43,217 nt of DNA from an uncultured Bdellovibrionales bacterium (GCA_964395165.1 CAYMZY010000002.1:15922-59138), one strand, 5' to 3'; counted from the first letter of the stretch, positions 27,263 to 34,950 are shown. The notes: generated by a model not told the origin, from the sequence alone. A program made the numbers and translations.

Positions 27263-28138
27263 CTATTCGATCTCGCCTGTTCCGAAGGCCTCCTTCAAAT
27301 CAGCCTTCGCTTGCTCAAGAGTCGACTTGAAAGCATCCAGAGCACTCTTCATCGCCGTCTGTCTCGTTTCTGCAAGATCCTTGATAATGAGTCCGAGAGT
27401 ATCCCCTTCCTTCCGTTCCGACTGAAGGGTATTGCGAGCCGATTTCAACGATGTCTGAAATGCACTCCGAACCGCATCCGGACTCTTCCCATCCGCACAG
27501 TCCTCTTTCGCTTGATTCAAGGCGACTTCGATTATAGCTCCGAAAGTTTCGATTCCTCCCGCGCGATTTTCTTTCTGCGTCATCACGGCCGCATCAACCG
27601 ATTTCCGGAAAGCACTGATCGCTGAATCGACGGCCTCACGCCGAGTATCGGCAGCAGCCTCGACGGTCTTCTTGAATTCCGCGACAGCCGCCTTCTTCTC
27701 GTCGGTATCGGCAGCAGCCTCCAGCTTTTCGTACCAGGCATTCCGCCTCGCATCCTGTTCTCCACGCTTCTCCGTCAGCGTATTGTCCCTGGCATCACGT
27801 TTCTCATCAAGATAGTCGATCCGCTTTTTCTTCCGATCAACAAACTTTCCCTTCTGCTCGACAAGGCGGCCTTTCATCTCCTCCATCCGGGAAGTGAAAT
27901 TTTCACAAAACTTCCCCTGACGCTCAGACTGACGTTCTTCCATATTCGCCTCACGTTCGACGCGACGTTCCTCCATCTTTTCCTGACGCGCGTTCTGTCG
28001 CTCTTCCATCCTTGTCTCACGACCGGACAGGCGCTCTTCCTCGTTTCCCATCATGGCCGCCGACACGGCATATGGAACCGCCGCAAAAGCAACGACACCA
28101 ATCAGGACCCGAGTGATATCAAAGGCTGTTTTCGTCAT
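27263..28138 (-). CDS. Secreted/anchored charged coiled-coil protein with internal repeats
   Basis: 291-aa ORF with an N-terminal hydrophobic segment (VLIGVVAFAAVPYAVSAA). It has MEER(Q/R) repeats and a duplicated EAAADT segment. I recognise no family. Confidence 0.6.
   Translation of the reverse strand: MTKTAFDITRVLIGVVAFAAVPYAVSAAMMGNEEERLSGRETRMEERQNARQEKMEERRVEREANMEERQSERQGKFCENFTSRMEEMKGRLVEQKGKFVDRKKKRIDYLDEKRDARDNTLTEKRGEQDARRNAWYEKLEAAADTDEKKAAVAEFKKTVEAAADTRREAVDSAISAFRKSVDAAVMTQKENRAGGIETFGAIIEVALNQAKEDCADGKSPDAVRSAFQTSLKSARNTLQSERKEGDTLGLIIKDLAETRQTAMKSALDAFKSTLEQAKADLKEAFGTGEIE
27645..27721. repeat. Intragenic direct repeat (17-mer GTATCGGCAGCAGCCTC twice, 60-nt period)
   Basis: Exact copies at 27645-27661 and 27705-27721. 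They encode the two EAAADT segments of the coiled-coil protein. Confidence 0.85.
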
Positions 28139-28478
28139 AGAATTGACTTACTTCATTAAGTGATGACCCCTCGTCCTCAAAAATCGATGACTCACCTGAT
28201 ACTTCGCCCGCCATCGCGGACTGATCGACTCCGCTTTCCCCTTCGATGTCGACAACGATCGCGTCCACGGTAGCCGGCTGGCGAGTGTCAGGGAGCGGAG
28301 CGCTCTGCGGTTCCTCAGAAAGACCTGGTTGAACCGGACGCGTATCCTGAGAGACAGCCAACGGGTTCTTTTCGGCTGGTGAAGACGGCGTATTCGACAT
28401 CTGTCGAACGATCGCGTACCCGAGCACAATGATAAGCGCCACGACTATGGCGACACCGGTAATTTTTTTGGCATCCAT
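28119..28478 (-). CDS. Single-pass membrane protein with an acidic, Ser/Pro-rich ectodomain
   Basis: ORF 28119..28598. I prefer the ATG at 28476-28478 (MDAKKITGVAIVVALIIVLGYAIV). Its 3' end overlaps the next gene's start by 20 nt. Confidence 0.5.
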   Translation of the reverse strand: MDAKKITGVAIVVALIIVLGYAIVRQMSNTPSSPAEKNPLAVSQDTRPVQPGLSEEPQSAPLPDTRQPATVDAIVVDIEGESGVDQSAMAGEVSGESSIFEDEGSSLNEVSQFYDENSL

Positions 28479-28660
28479 AAGAATTCTTTTTTTGATCTTT
28501 TTAGCGAATATAAATCGCCCGGAAAAAAGCTTCGACCCTCCTTCTTCAATTCCGGACATACCACTTCCAAGTATACCCGAAAAACATACTTTCCGCACGC
28601 AGAATGAACAAGACGAGACCTCAGTTCCCGTTTCCGAAAAAAGGAAATGAGTATTCGATA

Positions 28661-30694
28661 TTATCCACTCCGTTCACGCTTCGCTTCAAGTGCCCGGATC
28701 TCATCACGTAGAAGCGCAGCTGTCTCGAAATCGAGCGCCTTGACCGCCTGCTTCATCTCTTTTTCCTTGAGACGAATGAGCTTGGCCGGATCCTTGGCAA
28801 AAACCTGCTCATCGAGCGAAAGATTCACGCGCACCGCTTTCTCGTGTTCGCTTTCCAGATGTTCGGTGATGTCATGAATAGTCTTTTTGATAGTCTCCGG
28901 CGTGATGCCATGCGAGACATTGTATTCCGTCTGAATCTTCCGTCGCCGGTCCGTCTCATCCAGGGCGTACTTCATAGAGTTCGTAGTCCGGTCAGCATAC
29001 AGCACGACATGTCCATTCACATTACGCGCCGCCCGTCCGATAATCTGGATCAAAGAAGTTTCCGAACGCAAAAACCCTTCCTTGTCCGCGTCCAAAATCC
29101 CGATGAATGATACCTCCGGTAAATCAAGCCCTTCACGGAGAAGATTCACTCCGACCAGACAATCGAATTCCCCCTTACGGAAGGATGTCAGGATCTTGAT
29201 CCGGTCGATAGTCTTGATATCGCTGTGCAGATACTCCGATCTTATCCCTCTTTCTTTCAGATATACCGAGAGATCTTCTGCCATCTTCTTGGTGAGTGTC
29301 GTCGCAATCACCCGCCCGCCCTTGGAGACCTCCATCTCCGTCTCAGCGATGAAATCCCCGATCTGTCCAGGATATTCCGTCTCCGACACCGCCCGGACAC
29401 CACGTACTTCGACTACTGGATCGAGCAAGCCAGTCGGTCGGATCACCTGTTCCACGATCTGTGTGCTCTCTTCGCGCTCATAATCTGAAGGAGTGGCCGA
29501 AGTGAAGACAATCGGTCCAACCCGCTCCAGAAACTCCTCGATCCGAAGCGGGCGATTATCGAGAGCCGAGGGCAGACGAAATCCGAATTCGACCAGCGTC
29601 TGCTTGCGGGACCGATCGCCAGCATACATTCCGCGAAGCTGCGGCAGAGTCACATGCGACTCATCGATCACGGTCAGGAAGTCGGGCGTCCCATCCGGCA
29701 GGTGTGGAAAATACGACAAAAGCGTTTCAGCTGGTTCACCCGGTTGTTTCCCGGAAAGGTGCCGTGAATAATTCTCGATACCGCTACAGTATCCGATCTC
29801 TTCGATCATCGCGAGATCATACGTGGTCCGTCGTTTCAGGCGTTCGACTTCGAGAAGCTTTCCTTCCTTCTCAAGTTCCGCGAGACGGATCATCAGTTCC
29901 TCCCGGATATTGGACAATGCCTGTGATTTCTCACTCTCGTTGGTGATGAAATGCTTGGCCGGAAACAAAAAAATATCACGAGGCTCATCGAGAATCTTCT
30001 GCGTCACCGGGTCGATCTTAACGATGCGCCCGATCTTCCCCGCCAGGATATCGATGCTATACATATACTTCTCCGAAACCGGCATCACCTCGATGCGGTT
30101 CCCAAGACTTCGGAACGACCCGGATGTCAGGTCGGCGTTCGTCCGCTCGAAAAAGATCGACACCAGGGTATGGAGCAGCTCCGTCCGCGTCATGAGTGTC
30201 CCGATCGAAAGCCGCAGGTTTTTCTTCTCATACTCCGCCGGACTCCCTAAACCGTAGATACAGGACACGGATGCCACGATGATCGTATCGCGCCGAGTCA
30301 GAAGCGCCTGAGTAGACGCATGCCGCAACCGATCTATCTCCTCATTGATCTGCGCATCCTTCTCGATATACGTATCTGTCACCGGCAAATAGGCCTCCGG
30401 TTGATAGAAATCATAGTACGACACGAAATAATGCACCGCGTGATCGGGGAAAAATGTCTGATACTCCTGAGCCAGCTGAGCTGCCAAAGTCTTATTGTGA
30501 GCGATAACCAAAGTCGGTTTGCCGATATTCGCAATGACATTAGCCATCGTAAACGTCTTCCCGGATCCGGTCACTCCGAGCAGAGTTTGAAATGGGGCAT
30601 CTGACTCGACGCCTCGGGTAAGCGCCGCAATCGCCTTCGGCTGATCCCCCGCTGGTGCCCAATCTGATTCAATATTGAATATTGACTTTTGCAT
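28661..30694 (-). CDS. uvrB: Excinuclease ABC subunit B
   Basis: ORF 28661..30724. The ATG at 30692-30694 gives MQKSIFNIESDWAPAGDQPKAI, matching the canonical UvrB N-terminal spacing. GVTGSGKTFTMAN, helicase motifs and a C-terminal UVR motif (FETAALLRDEIRAL) are present. Confidence 0.95.
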   Translation of the reverse strand: MQKSIFNIESDWAPAGDQPKAIAALTRGVESDAPFQTLLGVTGSGKTFTMANVIANIGKPTLVIAHNKTLAAQLAQEYQTFFPDHAVHYFVSYYDFYQPEAYLPVTDTYIEKDAQINEEIDRLRHASTQALLTRRDTIIVASVSCIYGLGSPAEYEKKNLRLSIGTLMTRTELLHTLVSIFFERTNADLTSGSFRSLGNRIEVMPVSEKYMYSIDILAGKIGRIVKIDPVTQKILDEPRDIFLFPAKHFITNESEKSQALSNIREELMIRLAELEKEGKLLEVERLKRRTTYDLAMIEEIGYCSGIENYSRHLSGKQPGEPAETLLSYFPHLPDGTPDFLTVIDESHVTLPQLRGMYAGDRSRKQTLVEFGFRLPSALDNRPLRIEEFLERVGPIVFTSATPSDYEREESTQIVEQVIRPTGLLDPVVEVRGVRAVSETEYPGQIGDFIAETEMEVSKGGRVIATTLTKKMAEDLSVYLKERGIRSEYLHSDIKTIDRIKILTSFRKGEFDCLVGVNLLREGLDLPEVSFIGILDADKEGFLRSETSLIQIIGRAARNVNGHVVLYADRTTNSMKYALDETDRRRKIQTEYNVSHGITPETIKKTIHDITEHLESEHEKAVRVNLSLDEQVFAKDPAKLIRLKEKEMKQAVKALDFETAALLRDEIRALEAKRERSG

Positions 30695-30710
30695 AGATTT
30701 AGAGTATAAT
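30682..30710 (+). promoter_or_regulatory. Consensus sigma70-type promoter firing away from uvrB
   Basis: TTGACT (30682-30687), 17-nt spacer, TATAAT (30705-30710). The uvrB start codon (30692-30694) lies inside the spacer. Confidence 0.55.
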
Positions 30711-30731
30711 AGAAGAACAAGCATTTAGCAA
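30703..30731 (-). promoter_or_regulatory. Candidate uvrB promoter with its -10 overlapping the divergent -10; implies leaderless uvrB
   Basis: The minus strand reads TTGCTA (30731-30726), 17-nt spacer, TATACT (30708-30703). Only 8 nt separate the -10 from the ATG, and there is no SD. Confidence 0.4.
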
Positions 30732-30783
30732 CCTTCGCTCAGTTCACCCCGATCAACGGACTCCTTACCGGGGTCCTTTTTTT
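30717..30783 (+). ncRNA. Candidate ~67-nt small RNA or terminator-type leader (promoter-to-terminator unit)
   Basis: The predicted TSS is about 7 nt after the TATAAT. The unit ends at the hairpin GGACTCC (30758-64) / GGGGTCC (30770-76) followed by seven T. No ORF is present. An alternative ACCCCG/CGGGGT pairing competes with the terminator stem. Confidence 0.35.
30758..30783 (+). terminator. Rho-independent terminator with no upstream plus-strand CDS
   Basis: 7-bp stem (one G-U), 5-nt loop, T7 tract. Confidence 0.65.
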
Positions 30784-30900
30784 ATACCGCACTCGGATTA
30801 CGACTATTTTTTCCCCATGAATGAACAGGCTTCCTTCCGAAGCGATTTCCTTTATACTGGAAACACGTCTCGCTGAAAATAGAATCGACACTCAAAAAAT

Positions 30901-31365
30901 ATGCCTCACCAGAACACTTCTCGTTTCGGAATCGTGATCGTCATGACACAGTTCTCCATACTCGGGTACTTCGCCCTTTTTCATCCGATTCAGCAGCCAT
31001 TTGGTCCACAAGACATGGTTGCCTGGACGCTTGTGACCGCAGGAATAGCTATTGGGACCTGGGCGTTACTCTCGATGCGGCGCAGCAGTAAACTCCGCAT
31101 CCTCCCTGAGCCGGATGCCAATGCCACTCTCATCATAGATGGCCCGTATGCTTTTATCCGTCATCCTATGTACACCGCCCTCATTCTTCTTACCTTTGGT
31201 CTCTTTCTGAACTATCCTGTCATGAGTCATTTTGTTGCCTGGTCACTCCTCTTTGTCACACTTAATATCAAACTCATCCACGAAGAAAAACTCCTCCTGC
31301 AAATTTTTCCCAACTATACAAAATACCAAGCCGTAACTCACAAGCTTTTTCCTTTCGTCTACTAA
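30901..31365 (+). CDS. Isoprenylcysteine carboxyl methyltransferase (ICMT/PEMT)-family membrane methyltransferase
   Basis: 154-aa ORF, polytopic, with the motif GPYAFIRHPMYTALILLTFG. Confidence 0.78.
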   Translation: MPHQNTSRFGIVIVMTQFSILGYFALFHPIQQPFGPQDMVAWTLVTAGIAIGTWALLSMRRSSKLRILPEPDANATLIIDGPYAFIRHPMYTALILLTFGLFLNYPVMSHFVAWSLLFVTLNIKLIHEEKLLLQIFPNYTKYQAVTHKLFPFVY

Positions 31366-31413
31366 ACGAGAAAAGAAAAAAGCTCTGGTGAAGATTCCAA
31401 AAGAGCTTTGGGA

Positions 31414-32097
31414 TTACACTTTCTGAAAAAATCGACACAAAAAACGCCAGACACTTCGGCCCTGATGGCGATGTCGATACAAGAGATACAAAGAAGCTCC
31501 AATAAAAAAAGCTGTCGCCAAATCAAAGATTATTTTGACATGCTCGATATCACGCCAGAGGGTTGAGAGTTTTGCGAGTCCGAGATACCCCACAAGCAAA
31601 TACCCCATATCCTTAATGAAATATCCCACGATTGTCGCGGATACATAGACACGAATATCCATCTTAAAAATCCCAGCCGCCAGCGAGAAAGGTGTCGTCG
31701 GCATAAATGGCAGGACTCGAGTCAGAAAAAGTGCTCCGCCATCCTTCCAGTGGTGCCCCGTAAAACGTTTCCCGACTTTTTCGATATCCGTGTGCGTCAC
31801 CCCGAACCACTTTCCAACTCTTCCGACCAACAAGTCTTCCCCTTTGTCACCGAAGAGATAATACAGGTACGCACCCGATGTCTTCCCTACGCTTGCGAGT
31901 ATCGCCAAAAATCCGAGGTACCACCATGCCTCATGCCGAACCAGTGCAATCGACCCGGCAAGTCCGGTGATGAACATCGCCGGAATCGGACTGACGAATT
32001 CCTCCAAAAACGATCCGATCAACACGAACCAACCCAAGGGAACGTGGGCGGCATACCAGACAAACCAAACACTCAGGTGATGTGCGGAAAAAAGCAT
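31414..32097 (-). CDS. DedA/VTT-domain membrane protein
   Basis: 227-aa ORF, polytopic, with a YLYYLFGDKGEDLL-type DedA core. Confidence 0.8.
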   Translation of the reverse strand: MLFSAHHLSVWFVWYAAHVPLGWFVLIGSFLEEFVSPIPAMFITGLAGSIALVRHEAWWYLGFLAILASVGKTSGAYLYYLFGDKGEDLLVGRVGKWFGVTHTDIEKVGKRFTGHHWKDGGALFLTRVLPFMPTTPFSLAAGIFKMDIRVYVSATIVGYFIKDMGYLLVGYLGLAKLSTLWRDIEHVKIIFDLATAFFIGASLYLLYRHRHQGRSVWRFLCRFFQKV

Positions 32098-32201
32098 AGA
32101 GGAAAAACTCTTCGCGAGAATATCTTATCGGATCAAGAAAAACGCGCCCACACACTGAAGAAGATCGGAGTCTCGAAAGGATACCTCTTCCTCATGTGTC
32201 A

Positions 32202-32399
32202 TCATCTGTTTATTTCCGCGTTCAAAGACTCGGCTCGCAACCCGAGAGAAGGAGAATACTTCGCATGATCGACAATGTTCTTGCCAGCCGTCACAGAAAA
32301 CCAGGCAACCACGAAAGCAATCAGGAAAATAAGAGTAAGCGAAAGCGCTCCTGAGACTTCCTGACTCGAATCAAAGAATAAGCGGGTGAATTTTGTCAT
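32202..32399 (-). CDS. Small membrane protein (65 aa), unknown function
   Basis: ORF 32202..32405 opens on TTG. The ATG is at 32397-32399 (MTKFTRLFFDSS), and there is one hydrophobic helix. The coding call is tentative. Confidence 0.4.
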   Translation of the reverse strand: MTKFTRLFFDSSQEVSGALSLTLIFLIAFVVAWFSVTAGKNIVDHAKYSPSLGLRAESLNAEINR

Positions 32400-32462
32400 G
32401 TGCAAATAAAAGGATTCTCATCCCAGTATACCCGAAGTCAGGCAAAAGAAACACCACGCCTT

Positions 32463-33749
32463 CTATCGTCCGATGGCGATCACCCGTTTCTCGAACGAAA
32501 GTATCGGTAGATGATTCCCGGTCGAATAATCACGTATCGATTTTTCAAGACGATCGCTCGCATACCGGTACGAGGCACCAAAGCGTGTGCCGGGATCGTG
32601 CGTGAGGTATTCGTCCGTTCCTGGATCATACCCGAAAATGACCAACATATGTGTTTCCGGTCCCGGAGCGGTAAAGTGCGGATTTCCAAGCGACTGACCA
32701 TCCACAGGAACGATAAGAATATAACCTGATGCCAAAGCTGACTGCATCCCGTCATCCGTCGCCGGATCAAGCAGTTTCCCATCCGTCCGACCGGTGTATT
32801 TCCGAAACAAAGTCAGCGTATCCTCAGCCGACGTATCCACTGTCGTCCCGAAAAGTTCCTTCGAGAGCATTGAGAGCATACGTATTTCCTCTTTCATTTC
32901 TTCGACTGAAAAAGGAGTCATCCTTCCCAAACGAGATGCCATCAATATCGACGCCTCTTCGCATCCGTCCTGGAATACCGGATCATGCCAAGCACCAGCC
33001 GGTGCCTGCACCACAAACGGCACGACATGAGCAACGCTTGATGATATCGTCGGCTCATGGACTCGTTGCATCCCCGGACAGAAAAAGGAGCAGGGATCGA
33101 TCCATTGAGACAGATCAGCTTGCCGATTCACATAGCCGCGGATATCCACCACCTCACCCCTATGGATGCCGAGGTGCAGATGCTTTCGCTCACCATCGGT
33201 ATCTGTGCTTCCGGCCATGCCAAGTCGATCGAGCACCTCCCCTTTTTCTACATGGCTACCCACATTCATATTCACGCTCTCAAGCGCCAGATGTCCATAA
33301 ATCACCGTCACGGTCTCACCTCCGAGTTCACAACGCTCAACGATAACACCACCATATCCGGAAGCGTCACGCTTCAACACGATCGTCCCATCACAGACCG
33401 CTCGGATATAGACTTCCGCCTCTGCCTCTTCGGGAAAAACTTCGAAGTCTGTCCCGGTATGATAGCCACGGAAACGCTCTGGTTGCACCAATGATGTCTC
33501 AGGATCAATCAGGATACCGAACGGCTTCCGAGTCACACGCTCATCCACCCGACTGATCGGTACCAGCGTCGCATCCGTCTTGTCGGATATTGGCAGAACC
33601 TCATCTGTCGCGCTCGGCGACATTGTCTCATTCATCGATAAGAAAACAGCACTTTGATCTGAATCAGTCTGATCAGTGTAAGCGAGCAATACCCAAAGTA
33701 GAACCCCGATACCCGCTGCCAGCGTAATTTTGAAGAGAATATTATACAT
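32463..33749 (-). CDS. Membrane-anchored M23 (LytM) metallopeptidase fused to a C39-like cysteine peptidase domain
   Basis: It has an N-terminal TM helix. M23 motifs are GYHTGTDFEV and HLHLGIH. The C-terminal domain has QAPAGAWHD...GCEEASILMA, HMLVIFGYD and THDPG (Peptidase_C39_2-like Cys/His/Asp). Confidence 0.82.
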   Translation of the reverse strand: MYNILFKITLAAGIGVLLWVLLAYTDQTDSDQSAVFLSMNETMSPSATDEVLPISDKTDATLVPISRVDERVTRKPFGILIDPETSLVQPERFRGYHTGTDFEVFPEEAEAEVYIRAVCDGTIVLKRDASGYGGVIVERCELGGETVTVIYGHLALESVNMNVGSHVEKGEVLDRLGMAGSTDTDGERKHLHLGIHRGEVVDIRGYVNRQADLSQWIDPCSFFCPGMQRVHEPTISSSVAHVVPFVVQAPAGAWHDPVFQDGCEEASILMASRLGRMTPFSVEEMKEEIRMLSMLSKELFGTTVDTSAEDTLTLFRKYTGRTDGKLLDPATDDGMQSALASGYILIVPVDGQSLGNPHFTAPGPETHMLVIFGYDPGTDEYLTHDPGTRFGASYRYASDRLEKSIRDYSTGNHLPILSFEKRVIAIGR

Positions 33750-33816
33750 AGGACTTTCATTATATCGCTGTCAAGAAAAAGTACCTACTCGTTCATCCGG
33801 GCCTTCGGTCTTCAGG

Positions 33817-33899
33817 GATTGATCTACCCTCTATGCGGATACCCGGTCTATCTGGTCTACCACATACGATTAAGATGCTACCCTGCCTTGCCGTATCCC
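33817..33899. repeat. Imperfect direct repeat in the M23/csp intergenic spacer
   Basis: GATTGATCTACCCTCTATGCGGATACCC (33817-44) and GATTAAGATGCTACCCTGCCTTGCCGTATCCC (33868-99). CTAYC pentamers recur four times within about 60 nt. Confidence 0.6.
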
Positions 33900-34010
33900 A
33901 ATCACGCACCAGTTACTCGTCTATCGTCACATCCTCACTCACGGACAGCCTGGCTCATAACTCAGTTTGATATCGATTTTTTTCCCTTATTTAAGCTTTA
34001 TTTATCGGTA

Positions 34011-34039
34011 TTGACTGATACAAATTTCTATGCTACAAT
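34011..34039 (+). promoter_or_regulatory. Promoter of the cold-shock gene
   Basis: TTGACT (34011-16), 17-nt spacer, TACAAT (34034-39). It predicts a 5' UTR of about 65 nt. Confidence 0.7.
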
Positions 34040-34109
34040 ACCCTTTGCAATTAATGCAAGAGGAAATGTAGTCGGATTTCTCTCGAAAAGTAGCCAAGAA
34101 GCAAACACT

Positions 34110-34307
34110 ATGACCGGAACTATCAAAACGCTCACGGAACGTGGATTTGGATTCATCTCCCGCGATGGCGTGGAGAAGGATCTTTTCTTCCACTCCAAGG
34201 AGCTCGTAGGTGTGACCTACGATGAGCTCAAGGTCGGCGATACCGTCACCTTCGAGGTCACGGAGGGCCAGAAGGGTCCTGCGGCCACCAATGTCTCCCT
34301 CGCCTAA
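34110..34307 (+). CDS. cspA: Cold-shock protein (CSD, OB fold)
   Basis: The internal ATG of ORF 33819..34307 gives a 65-aa protein, MTGTIKTLTERGFGFISRDG...FHSKEL, with RNP1/RNP2-type motifs. Confidence 0.93.
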   Translation: MTGTIKTLTERGFGFISRDGVEKDLFFHSKELVGVTYDELKVGDTVTFEVTEGQKGPAATNVSLA

Positions 34308-34322
34308 TCGCGATCGATACAC

Positions 34323-34357
34323 AAAAAAACCACTACCGAAAGGTAGTGGTTTTTTTG
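34323..34357. terminator. Bidirectional rho-independent terminator between csp and the CYTH gene
   Basis: An A7 tract, CCACTACC, GAAA loop, GGTAGTGG, then a T7 tract. It lies between convergent genes. Confidence 0.8.
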
Positions 34358-34365
34358 TGTATCGA

Positions 34366-34950
34366 TCATGAATCCAAAAAAGGATTTTCCCCTTCAAAAA
34401 GAATCAGCGGGGTCTGATTATTGATCCGATCCGCCGTCAGATGCGGATATTGCCGCATATACATAACATCAACCGCTCCAAACACCGCCTGGTCATACTC
34501 GAATCCGAGCTTTTCCGCAACACGATGAACCATAGCCTCGGATACTCCTTCAATCTCGACGAAAGGCTTGAGAAATGGCCACTCATCGAGTGTCACCTCA
34601 ACACCATCAATCCTCCAAAGCTCACGTTTCGTTTCCTGATAGGATTTCCTGATACATCCGAGCGTGAGCAGCAAATTGACCGCCGATTCGAAGTCAGATA
34701 CGCCGAGAAGCAACTCTTTTTGATTCGTTATCCTGTTTCCGTCCACTATTTTAAGACTCAGTGTAATCCTGTCGCTCTCATCCCGAACACGTAACCAACC
34801 ACCAGGCACCTCGTGTCCTTTCGGCAAATGAAAAACGACTCTTTTTTGCAAGAATTCAGGCTTCACTAATTCCGCTCCGACTCTGACAAGTCGTTCTCGG
34901 ACAGTCGTCTTGTCAATTTCCGGAAATGTCGCTTCGTATTCGATGTCCAT
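34366..34950 (-). CDS. CYTH-domain (triphosphate tunnel metalloenzyme / class IV cyclase-like) protein
   Basis: 194-aa ORF with N-terminal IEYEATF (ExEx-T in place of ExExK), LRVRDE, and VTLDEWPFLKPFVEIEG matching the CYTH C-terminal strands. Confidence 0.68.
   Translation of the reverse strand: MDIEYEATFPEIDKTTVRERLVRVGAELVKPEFLQKRVVFHLPKGHEVPGGWLRVRDESDRITLSLKIVDGNRITNQKELLLGVSDFESAVNLLLTLGCIRKSYQETKRELWRIDGVEVTLDEWPFLKPFVEIEGVSEAMVHRVAEKLGFEYDQAVFGAVDVMYMRQYPHLTADRINNQTPLILFEGENPFLDS

Noticed and set aside
32202-32399. Flp/Fap-type pilin identity for the 65-aa membrane protein
   Set aside because: The topology is similar, but the G/xxxxEY processing motif is absent (the sequence reads SGALSLTL).
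33759-33775. TTGACA and TATAAT hexamers close together upstream of the M23 gene as a classical promoter
   Set aside because: The two hexamers are only 4 nt apart, so they cannot work as a -35/-10 pair. Only the TATAAT, 9 nt from the ATG, is retained as a possible leaderless-type -10.
33790-33990. Cyclic-di-AMP (ydaO-type) riboswitch upstream of the M23 hydrolase
   Set aside because: The internal pseudo-repeat and the gene context are suggestive. I could not match the conserved ydaO core motifs by eye, so I report the region only as an unexplained spacer.
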